Assembly (NCBI GenBank): GCA_963754875.1 | Contig: CAVWHO010000016.1 | Location: 256,001-320,000 of the forward strand | DNA: 64,000 nt | DNA from: Nitrospirota bacterium | GTDB taxonomy: Bacteria; Nitrospirota; UBA9217 | Reading direction: 5' to 3' | In this document: in pieces, positions 41,188-51,607 of the stretch | Layout: the number at the start of each line of letters is the position of its first letter | How positions within the stretch are numbered: position 1 is the stretch's first letter | Notes under the pieces: model-generated | What the model saw: the letters and a program-made list of their open reading frames with translations, nothing else | Told to the model about the DNA's origin: nothing | Databases searched by the model: none | Made by a program: the position numbers and the translations under genes

Positions 41188-41994
41188 TTATTTTTTGAAA
41201 ATTTCTCCAAGGAACGTCTTCATCTCTTTCCACGACTCCTCGTCGGCCTTTTTGTTGTACGCCAGTGGAATATTAAACTTCTTCCCGTAAGCAGTCGCGT
41301 CGGGATTGGTGAAGCTATGAAGTGCCCCGGGATAAGCGATGAATTTATAATCTGCCTTCGCGTCGGTCATTTCTTTCTTGAACGCCTCGATCTGTTCCGG
41401 GGTCGTGAACTTATCGTCAGCGCCGTGGAGCACGAGGACCTTTGCCTTGACCATTCCCGGTTCCGCCGGTTTGACTGCTCCCAGCATGCCATGGAAGCTG
41501 ACGACCCCTTTCAGGTCCGCACCCTGCCTCGCCATATTCAACACGACACCGCCGCCGAAACAGTAGCCGATGGCCGCGATGCGGTCGGGATCAACAGTCG
41601 GCTGTTTCTTTAACAACTCTTCCCCGGCCATGAACCGCGCTTTTGCCGTATCGAAGTGCATCATGACTTCCGAGGAGAATTTCCCAGCATCATCGGGATG
41701 CTTTGCCTGCTTTCCTTCTCCGTACATATCGACGGCAAGGGCCGTGTACCCGAGTCCGGCAAGCATCCGCGCACGCTTCCGGGCATAGTCGTTCAGGCCC
41801 CACCACTCGTGGACCACCAGAATACCGGGGGCTTTGCCCATTATTTTACTGTCATAGGCAAGGTACCCTTTCAATGTCACGCCGTCGGCCGTGTACTCGA
41901 CATTCTTTCCAACGACCTTGGCATGCGCTGATGATAATCCCATTGCCATGATCATCACTGTCACGGCAACTGCAAAAATTGTAAATCGTTTCAT
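41188..41994 (-). CDS. Exported dienelactone hydrolase family protein
   Basis: Signal peptide, HEWWG, GYCFGG, HSFT; hairpin at 41137-41173 downstream. Confidence 0.92.
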   Translation of the reverse strand: MKRFTIFAVAVTVMIMAMGLSSAHAKVVGKNVEYTADGVTLKGYLAYDSKIMGKAPGILVVHEWWGLNDYARKRARMLAGLGYTALAVDMYGEGKQAKHPDDAGKFSSEVMMHFDTAKARFMAGEELLKKQPTVDPDRIAAIGYCFGGGVVLNMARQGADLKGVVSFHGMLGAVKPAEPGMVKAKVLVLHGADDKFTTPEQIEAFKKEMTDAKADYKFIAYPGALHSFTNPDATAYGKKFNIPLAYNKKADEESWKEMKTFLGEIFKK

Positions 41995-42163
41995 AACCGC
42001 CTCCTTGATGTGGTTTTTGTGTGACTTAAGACATAGCACAGGAGCGAGTTGGAGCATCCTTGCCCCGCAATCTTCTTTCTCGAAGCAAAGCACCACCCAT
42101 CGCCGTGCCTCTGCGTTATCGTTTTATGACTTAATTGTACCAGAAGAGAAAAGCAGGTGGGGG

Positions 42164-42631
42164 TTACCGGTTACGCTCTTTTACGACACGTTCTACTTCG
42201 CGCTTCGATTCTTTTTCCTTGATCGTCTCTCGTTTGTCAAATGCCTTCTTGCCCTTGGCGAGACCGATCAGGACCTTGGCCTTGCCCCGCACGAAATAGA
42301 TCTTGAGCGGGATGAGCGTGAACCCTTTCTGTGTCATTTTCCAGGTAAGTTTGCGGATCTCCTCCTTGTGAAGCAGGAGCTTACGCGTCCGGAGCGGCTC
42401 GTGGTTCATGATGTTGCCGTGGGGATAAGGGCTGATGTTCGCGTTGAAAAGGAACATTTCCTCGTTCTTCACGAGGGCGTAGCTGTCCGTCAAATTCGCG
42501 AGGCCCAGGCGCAGCGACTTCACCTCCGTGCCCTGGAGCGACATTCCTGCCTCGAAGGTCTCTTCGATGAAGTAGTCGTGGTATGCCTTGCGGTTCGAGG
42601 CGACCGTGGTGTCTTTTTCTTTTTCAGCCAT
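42164..42631 (-). CDS. smpB: SsrA-binding protein
   Basis: NRKAYHDY, GTEVKSLR, RKLLLH, DKRE. Confidence 0.97.
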   Translation of the reverse strand: MAEKEKDTTVASNRKAYHDYFIEETFEAGMSLQGTEVKSLRLGLANLTDSYALVKNEEMFLFNANISPYPHGNIMNHEPLRTRKLLLHKEEIRKLTWKMTQKGFTLIPLKIYFVRGKAKVLIGLAKGKKAFDKRETIKEKESKREVERVVKERNR

Positions 42632-42691
42632 GGTATGAGTTATTCAGATCCCGAACGTCAAGTTCCCGGTGCAGATTCATGTCAGGACAGA

Positions 42692-43111
42692 TCAGGGGTG
42701 CAGCATTTCGATTCCGTCAATACCCTTGAAATGCTTCCGGTCAAAGGTAAAGACCGCCCGGACTTCAGCTGCTTTGGCAAAAGCGACAATCCACGCGTCG
42801 ATAAAATCGGCCGTCCCGTCCCGGTACAGAGCAATAGCGTCAGAGACGACAGGCCTGTCGCTGACGTCGACGCCGTGCGTATGCAAAATCGCGTTCAGAA
42901 GCGGCACAATCTCTCCGCGCTCGAGTTTATAAAAGCTTTGAAGCACCCAGACCAGCTCCGCGATCACCACAGAAGGAATGAGGAGCCTTACCTCGTCCTG
43001 CGCCGCCCTGATCAGAAGGCTCTTGACGTCGTTTGCCTTGGACGGATCGTCCTCGGTCAAGTAACGGACCAGAATATTGGTGTCGATGACGGCGCGCTTA
43101 CGATCGTCCAC
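42692..43111 (-). CDS. vapC: PIN-domain toxin (VapC)
   Basis: IDTNILVRYL, AELVWVL, DFIDA, TFD; GTG start overlaps the antitoxin. Confidence 0.88.
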   Translation of the reverse strand: MDDRKRAVIDTNILVRYLTEDDPSKANDVKSLLIRAAQDEVRLLIPSVVIAELVWVLQSFYKLERGEIVPLLNAILHTHGVDVSDRPVVSDAIALYRDGTADFIDAWIVAFAKAAEVRAVFTFDRKHFKGIDGIEMLHP

Positions 43112-43358
43112 CGCGCTTGCCCGCCTTTCTCCCGACATACGTTCTGGCCGTTTCCCGGACAATGTCGACGTCGGCGGATTTGGTCCGTCCCCTGAGGTAC
43201 CCTTTATAATCCAGAAGGGATTGAGCTGGCTTGATCACGATCCTGTCATCTTCCTGCTCGAAAACAACCACGCCGCCCTCCCGGAGATGAAGGAGATCCC
43301 GTACTTTTTTGGGAAGCGTAATCTGACCTTTCGACGTTATCTTCGCCGTAACCGTCAT
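43098..43358 (-). CDS. AbrB/MazE-fold antitoxin
   Basis: AKITSKGQITLPKKVR. Confidence 0.9.
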   Translation of the reverse strand: MTVTAKITSKGQITLPKKVRDLLHLREGGVVVFEQEDDRIVIKPAQSLLDYKGYLRGRTKSADVDIVRETARTYVGRKAGKRGGRS

Positions 43359-43483
43359 AGTCTGGCTCCTTACTTTTGCTCTACTTCCTTACTTATGATT
43401 GTAACCAATGCCGGGGGAATTATCAAGCGGAAAGCAGGTCGTAACTATACCGGAGTTCAAAGTGCGGACTACTCCCAAGCATC

Positions 43484-45658
43484 CTACATTAGATTCACTG
43501 GGTCGACATCAATAATCACCTTGCACTTCCTGCCGTACTTCTCTTCCACCGCCTTTTTCCCTTCGAGGGCAAGCATTCTTATCTTGTCGCGCTGCTGCGA
43601 CAGGAGCAGGAGCTGGAACCGGAATTGACCGCGCACGCGGGCGATGGGCGCCGGGGCCGGTCCGAGGAGCATGGTGTCTTTTCCCCGCATCAGGTGACGG
43701 ATGCGGTTCTGGGCCGTCGTCGCCGCCTCCGACGCCTGCTCTTCTTTCGGGCTTTTGACCTCGATTTTGATGATCCTGCCTATAGGAGGATAGTGAAGTT
43801 CCTTGCGGAAAACGATCTCTTCGTCATAAAACCCCTCGTAGTCGTGGGTCGTGCTGTGTCGGATTGAATAGTGGTTCGGGTTCATGGTCTGGATGACCAC
43901 CTCGCCGCCCAATTCGCCCCTGCCTGCCCTGCCTGCTGCCTGGGTGATGAGCTGAAACGTCTTTTCCGCGGACCGGAAATCAGGCAAATTCAGGCCCACG
44001 TCCGCATCAATGACGCCCACGAGCGTTACAGCGGGAAAGTCATGGCCTTTTGCGATCATCTGCGTCCCGAGAAGGATGTCCACTTCCCGTTGGTCCACCT
44101 GACGTAATAATTTTTCGTAGGCATCTCTCCCCTTGACCGAGTCGCTGTCCATGCGTCTAAGCCGCGCGTCGGGAAAAAGCGCCTGCAGTTCTTCTTCGAT
44201 TTTCTGGGTTCCGGAACCGATCAGTTTCAGTTCGATACCCTGGCATGAGGGGCACCTGTCCGGAGGCTGCGAAAAAAAACCGCAGTAATGGCATTTGAGC
44301 TTCCCTTCGCTCTTATGAAAAGTGAGCGATACACTGCAGCTCGGGCATCTGATGGCTGTTCCGCAGTCCCGGCAGATGAGTACCGATGAAAATCCCCGGC
44401 GGTTCAGAAGGAGCAGCGTCTGTTCGTTCTTTTCAAGCCGCTTCTTGATGTCTTCGATGAGCCTCGGTGAATAGAGATTGTTTCTCGGGAGCGTCTTGAC
44501 ATCGATGATCAGCACGTCGGGCATGGGGCGATGGTCCACCCTGTTCGCCAGCCGGAGATAGCGATACTTTCCGTTCTTCGCATTGTAAAAGCTCTCCAGG
44601 GACGGCGTGGCGGAGCCGAGCACGGCAACGGCATTCTCGAACTTGGCCCGCACGATTGCCACGTCCCGGGCATGATAGCGGAGCCCTTCGTCCTGCTTGT
44701 AGGAGTTCTCGTGCTCTTCGTCGACGATGATGAGCCCGAGTTTTGCAAAAGGCGCAAAGATCGCGGACCGCGCACCGACGGCCACGTCCACCTGGCCTGC
44801 CTGGATGCGGCGATACTCGTCGGCTCGCTCCCGGTCGGTGAGGCCGCTGTGCAGGACTGCCACGCGGTCCCCGAAGCGGCCGCGGAACCTGTTCAAGAGC
44901 TGCGGAGTGAGGGCGATCTCCGGAACGAGCACGATGGCGCCCTTGCCGGTCCCTGCCAGTCCTGCAATCGCGCGAAGATAGACCTCGGTCTTGCCGCTCC
45001 CGGTAACGCCGTGAAGAAGATAGACTGCGAAAGTTTCACTGGCAAGCGTTTCATGGATTCTGGCTACTGCTTCTCCCTGCTCGGCCATAAGCTCGGGAGA
45101 TGTTGTGAGCAGGACCTTGTCCTGCTGTGCAGCCGGTGCTTCCTGTTCGAAGATTTCGATATGACCCGCGTGAGCGAGCGATTTGATCGTTGCCGACGAA
45201 AATCCCGTTAACCTGTCAATCGCTGTCTCGCCCTGCTCCCTCAGCACATCGAGCAAGGCAATCTGCTTCTTCCCCTTCACCCGTTCCTTGTCCGGGGCCG
45301 AGGCCGGCACGAGGCGGATGAATTTTTGCATTTTCGGTTTCGCACGGCCCACGGCTTTCGGCACAACAGCCTCAATGGTCTGGCCGAGCGGGTGCAGGTA
45401 GTAGTCCGCCATCCAGCGGGCAAGAGCGAGGAGTTCGGGAGAGAGCGGGTTGTCGAGGATTTCGATGACGGACTTCAGGCCTGCGACGTCAGCCCTGGCC
45501 GGGAATCCGACGACTGTGCCGATGATGCGCCTGCTGCCGAAGGGGACGAGCACGCGCGTACCGGGCGCAAGGGTGCCCTTCATCTCTTCCGGGGCACGAT
45601 AGTGAAATGTTTTGTTTACGGAAACACCGACGGCTATATCAACGACGAGGTCGGTCAT
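43484..45658 (-). CDS. priA: Primosomal protein N'
   Basis: GVTGSGKTEVY, DEEH, four CxxC, KGHDFP, DVDP. Confidence 0.97.
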   Translation of the reverse strand: MTDLVVDIAVGVSVNKTFHYRAPEEMKGTLAPGTRVLVPFGSRRIIGTVVGFPARADVAGLKSVIEILDNPLSPELLALARWMADYYLHPLGQTIEAVVPKAVGRAKPKMQKFIRLVPASAPDKERVKGKKQIALLDVLREQGETAIDRLTGFSSATIKSLAHAGHIEIFEQEAPAAQQDKVLLTTSPELMAEQGEAVARIHETLASETFAVYLLHGVTGSGKTEVYLRAIAGLAGTGKGAIVLVPEIALTPQLLNRFRGRFGDRVAVLHSGLTDRERADEYRRIQAGQVDVAVGARSAIFAPFAKLGLIIVDEEHENSYKQDEGLRYHARDVAIVRAKFENAVAVLGSATPSLESFYNAKNGKYRYLRLANRVDHRPMPDVLIIDVKTLPRNNLYSPRLIEDIKKRLEKNEQTLLLLNRRGFSSVLICRDCGTAIRCPSCSVSLTFHKSEGKLKCHYCGFFSQPPDRCPSCQGIELKLIGSGTQKIEEELQALFPDARLRRMDSDSVKGRDAYEKLLRQVDQREVDILLGTQMIAKGHDFPAVTLVGVIDADVGLNLPDFRSAEKTFQLITQAAGRAGRGELGGEVVIQTMNPNHYSIRHSTTHDYEGFYDEEIVFRKELHYPPIGRIIKIEVKSPKEEQASEAATTAQNRIRHLMRGKDTMLLGPAPAPIARVRGQFRFQLLLLSQQRDKIRMLALEGKKAVEEKYGRKCKVIIDVDPVNLM

Positions 45659-45676
45659 GGGGTATGATCACGGCGG

Positions 45677-46229
45677 TCAGGAATCCAGGGGCAAGGATAA
45701 CTTTTCCGGTTTCTGACTTTTGTCTTCGGTCTTTTGCTGTTTTTCTGCAGGGATGTCTTTCACCGTCTTCGTTTCCTTGTTGTTCAGGATGTCCTTCAGC
45801 TCGCTCATGAACTCGTTGATGTCCCGGAACGAGCGGTACACCGAGGCGAACCGCACGTAGGCCACCTCGTCGAGTCCGTGGAGCCGTTCCATCACTTCTT
45901 CGCCGATGGCAGTGCTCGGGATCTCCTTGAACCCTTTTTCCTGGAGCGCTTTCTCGATCTCATCGACGGTCTTCTTCGAGCACGTCCAAGCTGATCGGCC
46001 GCTTCTCGCAAGCCTTCTTGAGGCCGTTCAGGATCTTGATGCGGTCGAAAGGCTCGCGCCTGCCGTCCTTTTTTATGACCGACGGCAGCACATCTTCGAC
46101 GCGCTCATAGGTCGTGAACCTGCCCCCGCACATGAGACATTCACGCCTCCTTCGGATGGAATCCCCTTCCTTTCCCATCCGTGAGTCGACGACTTTGTTG
46201 TCCATACTGGAACAATGGGGACAGCGCAT
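45677..46229 (-). CDS. nrdR: Transcriptional repressor NrdR (apparent frameshift near 45975-45990)
   Basis: [31 protein letters not shown]. Confidence 0.92.
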
Positions 46230-46320
46230 AAATCTCCGCAAAAGAACGACGGGTGATAGACGATGGACGCTTCTGGACGATGCGTTTGCGCCTCTTTCGT
46301 CCTTCGTCACTCGTCTCGCG

Positions 46321-46779
46321 TCACTGTTTTTTATACTGCGTGATCTTGATGCCGGACTCTTTCAGCATCTCGGCGGCGAGCGCGTCGGGGTAACCGTCCT
46401 CAAAGATGAGGTGTTTGACGCCCGCGTTGATGATCATTTTGGCGCAGATGCCGCAGGGTTGGTTCGTGCAGTAGAGCGTCGCGCCGTCGATGTTCGTCCC
46501 GTGCTTGGCGGCCTGAATGATGGCGTTCTGTTCGGCGTGGAGGCCCCGGCAGATCTCGTGCCGTTCGCCGGAGGGGATGCCCATCTGCTCACGCAGGCAC
46601 CCGCGGTCGAGGCAGTGCGTAATGCCGGAGGGCGTGCCGTTGTAGCCCGTGGCAAGAATGTTCTTGTCCTTGACGATCACGGCTCCCACCTGGCGGCGAA
46701 GGCAGGTGGCGCGCTTCTTCACCAGGTGTGCAATTTCCATGAAATATTCGTCCCACGAAGGGCGGGTATGTTTATCCAT
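46321..46779 (-). CDS. dCMP/cytidine deaminase family protein
   Basis: [20 protein letters not shown]. Confidence 0.92.
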   Translation of the reverse strand: MDKHTRPSWDEYFMEIAHLVKKRATCLRRQVGAVIVKDKNILATGYNGTPSGITHCLDRGCLREQMGIPSGERHEICRGLHAEQNAIIQAAKHGTNIDGATLYCTNQPCGICAKMIINAGVKHLIFEDGYPDALAAEMLKESGIKITQYKKQ

Positions 46780-46933
46780 AATTCACCTTTGCTACTGAAG
46801 CACTGAGACATGAAAGAAACAAACATTTTTAACAGGATAACAGGATGAAATCTGATTAAGGCTCCAAGCCAAATCTTGTTAATCCTGTGATCCCGCCGAA
46901 GAGAATTCAGCTTTCCTCTCTGCAGTAAGTAAT

Positions 46934-48187
46934 TTATACCTGTACTTTTTCCATCGCGAACATCGGGAACTTGCTGCAGAACGCCTTGGTCCGTTCCTTG
47001 ATCGCGGCGAGCTTTTCCAAGGAATGGCCGTTGGCGAGCGTGTCGCAGATGAGATCGCCGACCACCTTCATGTCGGCCTCGCGCATGCCGCGCGTTGTCA
47101 CGATCGGCGTGCCGAGCCTGATGCCGCTCGTCGTGACCGGCGGCTTCTGATCGAAGGGGATGCTGTTCTTGTTGCACGTGATGCCCGCCGCATCGAGCCA
47201 GGTTTCGGCGTCCTTGCCCGTGATGTTCTTGGGAGTGAGGTCCACGAGCATGAGATGGTTTTCCGTGGTGCCCGAAACAATGCGGAACCCGTCTCCCGTC
47301 AGGCGCTTTGCCAACGCCTGCGCGTTTTTCTTCACCTGACGCTGGTAGTCCTTGAACTCGGGAGCAAGTGCTTCCTTGAACGAGACCGCCTTGGCCGCGA
47401 TCACGTGGACAAGCGGCCCTCCCTGGATGCCCGGGAAAATGACCTTGTCCACGGCTTTGCCGAACTTCTCTTTGCACATGATCATGCCGCCGCGCGGGCC
47501 GCGCAGGGTTTTGTGCGTCGTCGTGGTGACGAAGTCGGCCACAGGCACCGGGTTCGGGTGTTCATCCGCCGCGACCAGTCCTGCTATGTGCGCGATGTCG
47601 GCCATCAGGTACGCGCCGACCTTGTCCGCGATCTTCCGGAACCGGGCGAAGTCGAGGATCCTCGAATAGGCGCTGTAGCCGCACACGATCATCTTGGGTT
47701 TGTGCTCGACAGCCAGCCGCTCAACCTCGTCGTAATCGAGGAGTTCGGTTTTCTTGTCCACGCCGTAGGAAAAAGATTTGTAGAGCTGGCCCGAGAAACT
47801 GACGCTTGCCCCGTGGGTCAAATGTCCGCCGTGCGGGAGCCCCATGCCGAGGATCGTGTCTCCCGGCTGGAGCACGCTGAAGTAGACGGCCATGTTCGCC
47901 GAGGAACCGGAATGGGGCTGCACATTCACGTGCTCAGCGCCGAACAGCTGCTTAGCCCGCTCGATCGCCAGCGTTTCCACGGCATCCGCGAACTGGCACC
48001 CGCCGTAGTAGCGGCGGTTCGGGTAGCCTTCCGCGTATTTATTAGTAAACACCGAGCCCTGCGCTTCGAGCACGGCATTGCTCACGTAATTCTCTGATGC
48101 GATGAGAACGATCTTGGAGAGCTCGCGCTCCTCCTCGCCTTTGATCGCGTTGTAGACTTCGGGGTCCGTTTCTTTCAGTTCTGACAT
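46934..48187 (-). CDS. glyA: Serine hydroxymethyltransferase
   Basis: [26 protein letters not shown]. Confidence 0.98.
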   Translation of the reverse strand: MSELKETDPEVYNAIKGEEERELSKIVLIASENYVSNAVLEAQGSVFTNKYAEGYPNRRYYGGCQFADAVETLAIERAKQLFGAEHVNVQPHSGSSANMAVYFSVLQPGDTILGMGLPHGGHLTHGASVSFSGQLYKSFSYGVDKKTELLDYDEVERLAVEHKPKMIVCGYSAYSRILDFARFRKIADKVGAYLMADIAHIAGLVAADEHPNPVPVADFVTTTTHKTLRGPRGGMIMCKEKFGKAVDKVIFPGIQGGPLVHVIAAKAVSFKEALAPEFKDYQRQVKKNAQALAKRLTGDGFRIVSGTTENHLMLVDLTPKNITGKDAETWLDAAGITCNKNSIPFDQKPPVTTSGIRLGTPIVTTRGMREADMKVVGDLICDTLANGHSLEKLAAIKERTKAFCSKFPMFAMEKVQV

Positions 48188-48393
48188 GGTGTTGTCCTTT
48201 TTATCCTGAGAAAACATGCAACCACGGATGAACACGGATGCGGCGTTGCCGCACGCACGGGAAAGGTTCCAGGATTTTAAAGCCAAGGCCTTGGTTCTAT
48301 CCGTGTGGCGAAGCCCCGTGTGAGCGCCCGCCCCGGTTCACAATCAGCATATGACGCGGGCCGGGGAAGCTCCTGTGGTTATCGCTGCTTGTT

Positions 48394-48846
48394 CTACAGG
48401 TTGAGTGATTTTTCGATGTCGCGTATCTTGTCGAGCCGCTTCTGGTGCCTGCCGCCGGCGAACTCCGTATCGAGCCAGGTCTTCGCGATCTCCAGGGCCA
48501 CGCCCTTGCCGATGACCCGCTCGCCCATGACGAGGACGTTCGCGTCGTTGTGCTCACGGCTCATCTGCGCTGTGAAGTGATCATGGCAGAGCGCGGCGCG
48601 CACGTTGGGGTAACGGTTCGCCACGATCGACATGCCGATGCCGGTGCCGCAGATCAAAATGCCACGGTCCATCGCGCCCTTTGACACGGCCTCGGCCACC
48701 TTGGCGCCGAAATCCGGGTAATCAACGGACTCCTTCCCTGCAGGCCCGAAATCAGAGACCTGGATATTGGCTACCGTCTTGATGAATTTGAGGATTTCTT
48801 CCTTGAGTTCAAAGCCGCCGTGATCGCAGCCGATCGCCAGTTTCAT
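48394..48846 (-). CDS. rpiB: Ribose-5-phosphate isomerase B
   Basis: DHGG, DYPD, CGTGIG, HNDAN, GGRH. Confidence 0.96.
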   Translation of the reverse strand: MKLAIGCDHGGFELKEEILKFIKTVANIQVSDFGPAGKESVDYPDFGAKVAEAVSKGAMDRGILICGTGIGMSIVANRYPNVRAALCHDHFTAQMSREHNDANVLVMGERVIGKGVALEIAKTWLDTEFAGGRHQKRLDKIRDIEKSLNL

Positions 48847-48934
48847 GCACTGCCCGCCTTTCCGGTGAAAGTGATATTAACATCTCAGCTGTTTTTGTGT
48901 CAAGGAAAATACCCGGGGGAAATACTCATGTCCG

Positions 48935-48999
48935 GTAGCCGCAGGCTGAAGCCCGGTTGATTATGAAGGGATTTCGCACACCCTGAGCGGCGCGGCTGC
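48935..48999. repeat. Degenerate GTAG-type REP doublet (second family)
   Basis: GTAGCCGCAGGCTGAAGCCCG...CACCCTGAGCGGCGCGGCTGC. Confidence 0.55.
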
Positions 49000-49009
49000 C
49001 TGCCGGATG

Positions 49010-49780
49010 TTAGAGAAACTCGTATACGATCATGCTGAGCACTGCCACTGCAGCAGTCTCGGTACGGAGGATGTTCGGCCCCAGGCTGACGAGATGGAAG
49101 CCCTTGTCTTGCGCCGCCATTGCCTCGGCTGACGAATACCCGCCTTCAGGCCCGATGAGGACGACAACGTCCTGCGCTTCAGGATTCTGACGCAGGATAT
49201 TTTTGATAGGCTCGGTCCCCTCTTCCCAGGGAAGCAGTAACAGGGGCCGGGGTTCAGGGACTGGTGATGCGGGGTCAAGGGTCAAGGGGCCGGGGGCCAG
49301 GGAAGAAATAAAATCACGGAATGAACGGATCTGTTCTACTTGCGGTATGTTAGTCCTGTTGCTCTGCATGGCCGCTTCCCGGGCGATCTTCTGCCACCGG
49401 CTAATGCGCTTCTCTTCGTCTTTGACCTTTACGATCGTTCGTTCGGTGATGATCGGAGCAATTACGGCGACACCTAGTTCCGTGGCTTTCTGCACGATAA
49501 AATCCATTTTATCTGATTTGGGCAGGCCTTGTCCGAGAGTAATCCGAAGATTAGGAAGCTCTTCTTCCGACTGGTTCACGATCTCCGTTTTGATATCAGA
49601 TCTGCCGATAGTAACGATCTCGACCGTATACTCGGTCCCCTTACCGTCGCACAGCAGGAGTTCCTCGCCCGGCTTCATACGCATGACCATCGCGATATGC
49701 CGGACGTCTTCGCCGGCGATCGTAATAGCGTTGCCGGAGACCTGGTTGGGCGATATGAAAAACCGGGGAAGTCTAGACAT
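49010..49780 (-). CDS. rsmE: 16S rRNA m3U1498 methyltransferase
   Basis: QKATELG, EAAMQS, IGPEGG, LGPNILRTETA. Confidence 0.95.
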   Translation of the reverse strand: MSRLPRFFISPNQVSGNAITIAGEDVRHIAMVMRMKPGEELLLCDGKGTEYTVEIVTIGRSDIKTEIVNQSEEELPNLRITLGQGLPKSDKMDFIVQKATELGVAVIAPIITERTIVKVKDEEKRISRWQKIAREAAMQSNRTNIPQVEQIRSFRDFISSLAPGPLTLDPASPVPEPRPLLLLPWEEGTEPIKNILRQNPEAQDVVVLIGPEGGYSSAEAMAAQDKGFHLVSLGPNILRTETAAVAVLSMIVYEFL

Positions 49781-49848
49781 AGGACATAGGTCTTAGTGCA
49801 AAGCGCAGAGTTCAACGTACGAAGGCTGTGTTACAGAACGCCTCATGC

Positions 49849-49920
49849 CGTCATTCCGGACTCGATCCGGAATCCAGTTATTTTTAGAACCTCTGGATTC
49901 CTGCCTTCGCAGGAATGACG
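49849..49920. repeat. CGTC-type REP-like palindromic doublet
   Basis: CGTCATTCCGG-N6-CCGGAATCCA...TGGATTCCTGC-N4-GCAGGAATGACG. Confidence 0.8.
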
Positions 49921-50015
49921 AACGAAGCGACCACTTTTTTCCTCAGATCTTCGAGTCCTCTGCCACCCGGCGTTTACGAGTGCATGCGAGAGTGCAGGGT
50001 TCGGTAAATTACTTC

Positions 50016-51548
50016 TCAGCTCTTCGGCTTCGGCCCTTCCTGCTTCCCTCTTCTGCCGCTTCTCCGCCTGCGCCGCATCGGCCGTGCTTTGTGCCCGGCT
50101 CTTTTCTGCTTTTCCTTTTCCTCGCTGCGCTCCTCGCCGGCTGGGACCGGATTGGCCTTGATAAAATCCTTCCACCAGGACCGAAGCTCTTTCCGTTCGC
50201 CCGTGACCTCGCTGGTAAAACGCAGATACTCATAGGCGTCTTCAAAACCCGGCCGCCGCAGGAAGTAGCGGGGATGCCGCCCCTCCCGCTTCTCGAACCG
50301 GTGCTGGTTCCAGTACATGTCTCGCATCGGCAAGCCGACCTTTCGCGGGATCATCACTCGCCGCGCCTGCTCGGAAAGGGACTCTGCAACTGCCTTCGTC
50401 ATGGCGTCCAGCGCAGGGGAACCGGATTCCATAAGAGCAGCGGATTTTCCCTCGATGTACTGGCCGAACATCAGGCCGAAAAGGATATGGGGCTCTACCT
50501 TCCGGCCTGCTTGCACGCACGTATCGACCCATTCCAGGGCCTTGCCGATCCATATGTGCGGGAAACCGCTTTCCTCGGTATCCACCCATTCATTGAGACG
50601 CGGAAAGATCACTCCAAAGAGTCCGGTCTTGCGCAGGAGCTGGTAAGTCTTTTCTCCCTCGCCGAGCAGGAAGAGCTTCAGCACTTCTTCGTACATGCGC
50701 GCGGGCGAGGCGAGCGCCACCTTGTCCTTCAGCTCGAGCATGGCATTATACGTTTTCTCTTCGATCTCGAACCCGAGCATGGCGGCAAAACGCACGGCGC
50801 GCACCATTCGCACGGGGTCCTCGGTGAACCTTATGAGAGGATCGCCGATGGTCCGGATGAGCCCGTTTCGCAGGTCTTGCATGCCTCCGACATAATCGAT
50901 GACCGAGAAATCAGCGATGCTATAGAAAAGGGCGTTTACCGTGAAGTCACGCCTGAGGGCATCTTCTTCGGGTGTACCGAAGACATTGTCGCGAAGGATC
51001 ATGCCGCCCTCGGTCTTGAGCATGCGTGGAGTACGGGGTTTGGCGGGGACTGCTGCGGAAACCGCACCAGCCAGGGCTTCCGGTTCAACCGCCGAAGGCT
51101 GCATCGTGCCTTGTCCAGGCGGTTCGGAGGAAGTCGGCGCTTCCCGTCCTGTTTGTCCGGGGACGAGGACCGGCGGTACCTGCTCAACAGGCACTTCCGC
51201 TGCCTCTGCTTCTTCCGGGGCATTGGAGCGAAAGGTGGCGACCTCGATAATTTCGTCGTGGAAGTGGATATGGGCCAGGCGAAAACGCCTGCCGATGAGC
51301 CGGCAGTTGCGGAAGATTTTCTTCACCTCGTGCGGCTTGGCGTCCGTGGCAATGTCGAAGTCCTTCGGCTCGCGCCCGAGCAGGAGGTCGCGCACACCGC
51401 CGCCGACGAGGTAGGCATAGTATCCCTGCTCTTTCAGACGATAGAGTACCCGGACTGCGTTAGGACTGATCCACTTGCGTGAGATGTCGTGTTCATTTCG
51501 GGGGGTGATTGCAGGTTGAATAGGACTCACGGGAAGGTATACTATCAC
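50016..51548 (-). CDS. pcnB: Poly(A) polymerase I
   Basis: GGGVRD, DFD, PAP signature LIGRRFRLAHI, RRDFTVN, EDPVRM, Arg-rich tail. Confidence 0.93.
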   Translation of the reverse strand: MIVYLPVSPIQPAITPRNEHDISRKWISPNAVRVLYRLKEQGYYAYLVGGGVRDLLLGREPKDFDIATDAKPHEVKKIFRNCRLIGRRFRLAHIHFHDEIIEVATFRSNAPEEAEAAEVPVEQVPPVLVPGQTGREAPTSSEPPGQGTMQPSAVEPEALAGAVSAAVPAKPRTPRMLKTEGGMILRDNVFGTPEEDALRRDFTVNALFYSIADFSVIDYVGGMQDLRNGLIRTIGDPLIRFTEDPVRMVRAVRFAAMLGFEIEEKTYNAMLELKDKVALASPARMYEEVLKLFLLGEGEKTYQLLRKTGLFGVIFPRLNEWVDTEESGFPHIWIGKALEWVDTCVQAGRKVEPHILFGLMFGQYIEGKSAALMESGSPALDAMTKAVAESLSEQARRVMIPRKVGLPMRDMYWNQHRFEKREGRHPRYFLRRPGFEDAYEYLRFTSEVTGERKELRSWWKDFIKANPVPAGEERSEEKEKQKRAGHKARPMRRRRRSGRRGKQEGPKPKS

Positions 51549-51607
51549 ACCAGGGTAGGGAAGGTAAAGGGGGAAGTGCAGGAAAGGCCGTAGGACAGGG
51601 GCTCTTG

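Noticed and set aside
42000..42700. tmRNA expected near smpB
   Set aside because: No tRNA-like GGGG...CCA ends or tag reading frame seen in the flanks
41891..43195. Long ORF-track entries antisense to real genes (e.g. 41891..43195, 49845..51482, 5476..6504, 24363..25478, 47024..48097)
   Set aside because: Shadow ORFs of GC-rich codon usage with no recognisable motifs
45960..45995. Programmed frameshift in nrdR
   Set aside because: No clear slippery site or precedent known to me; matches the indel-error pattern elsewhere
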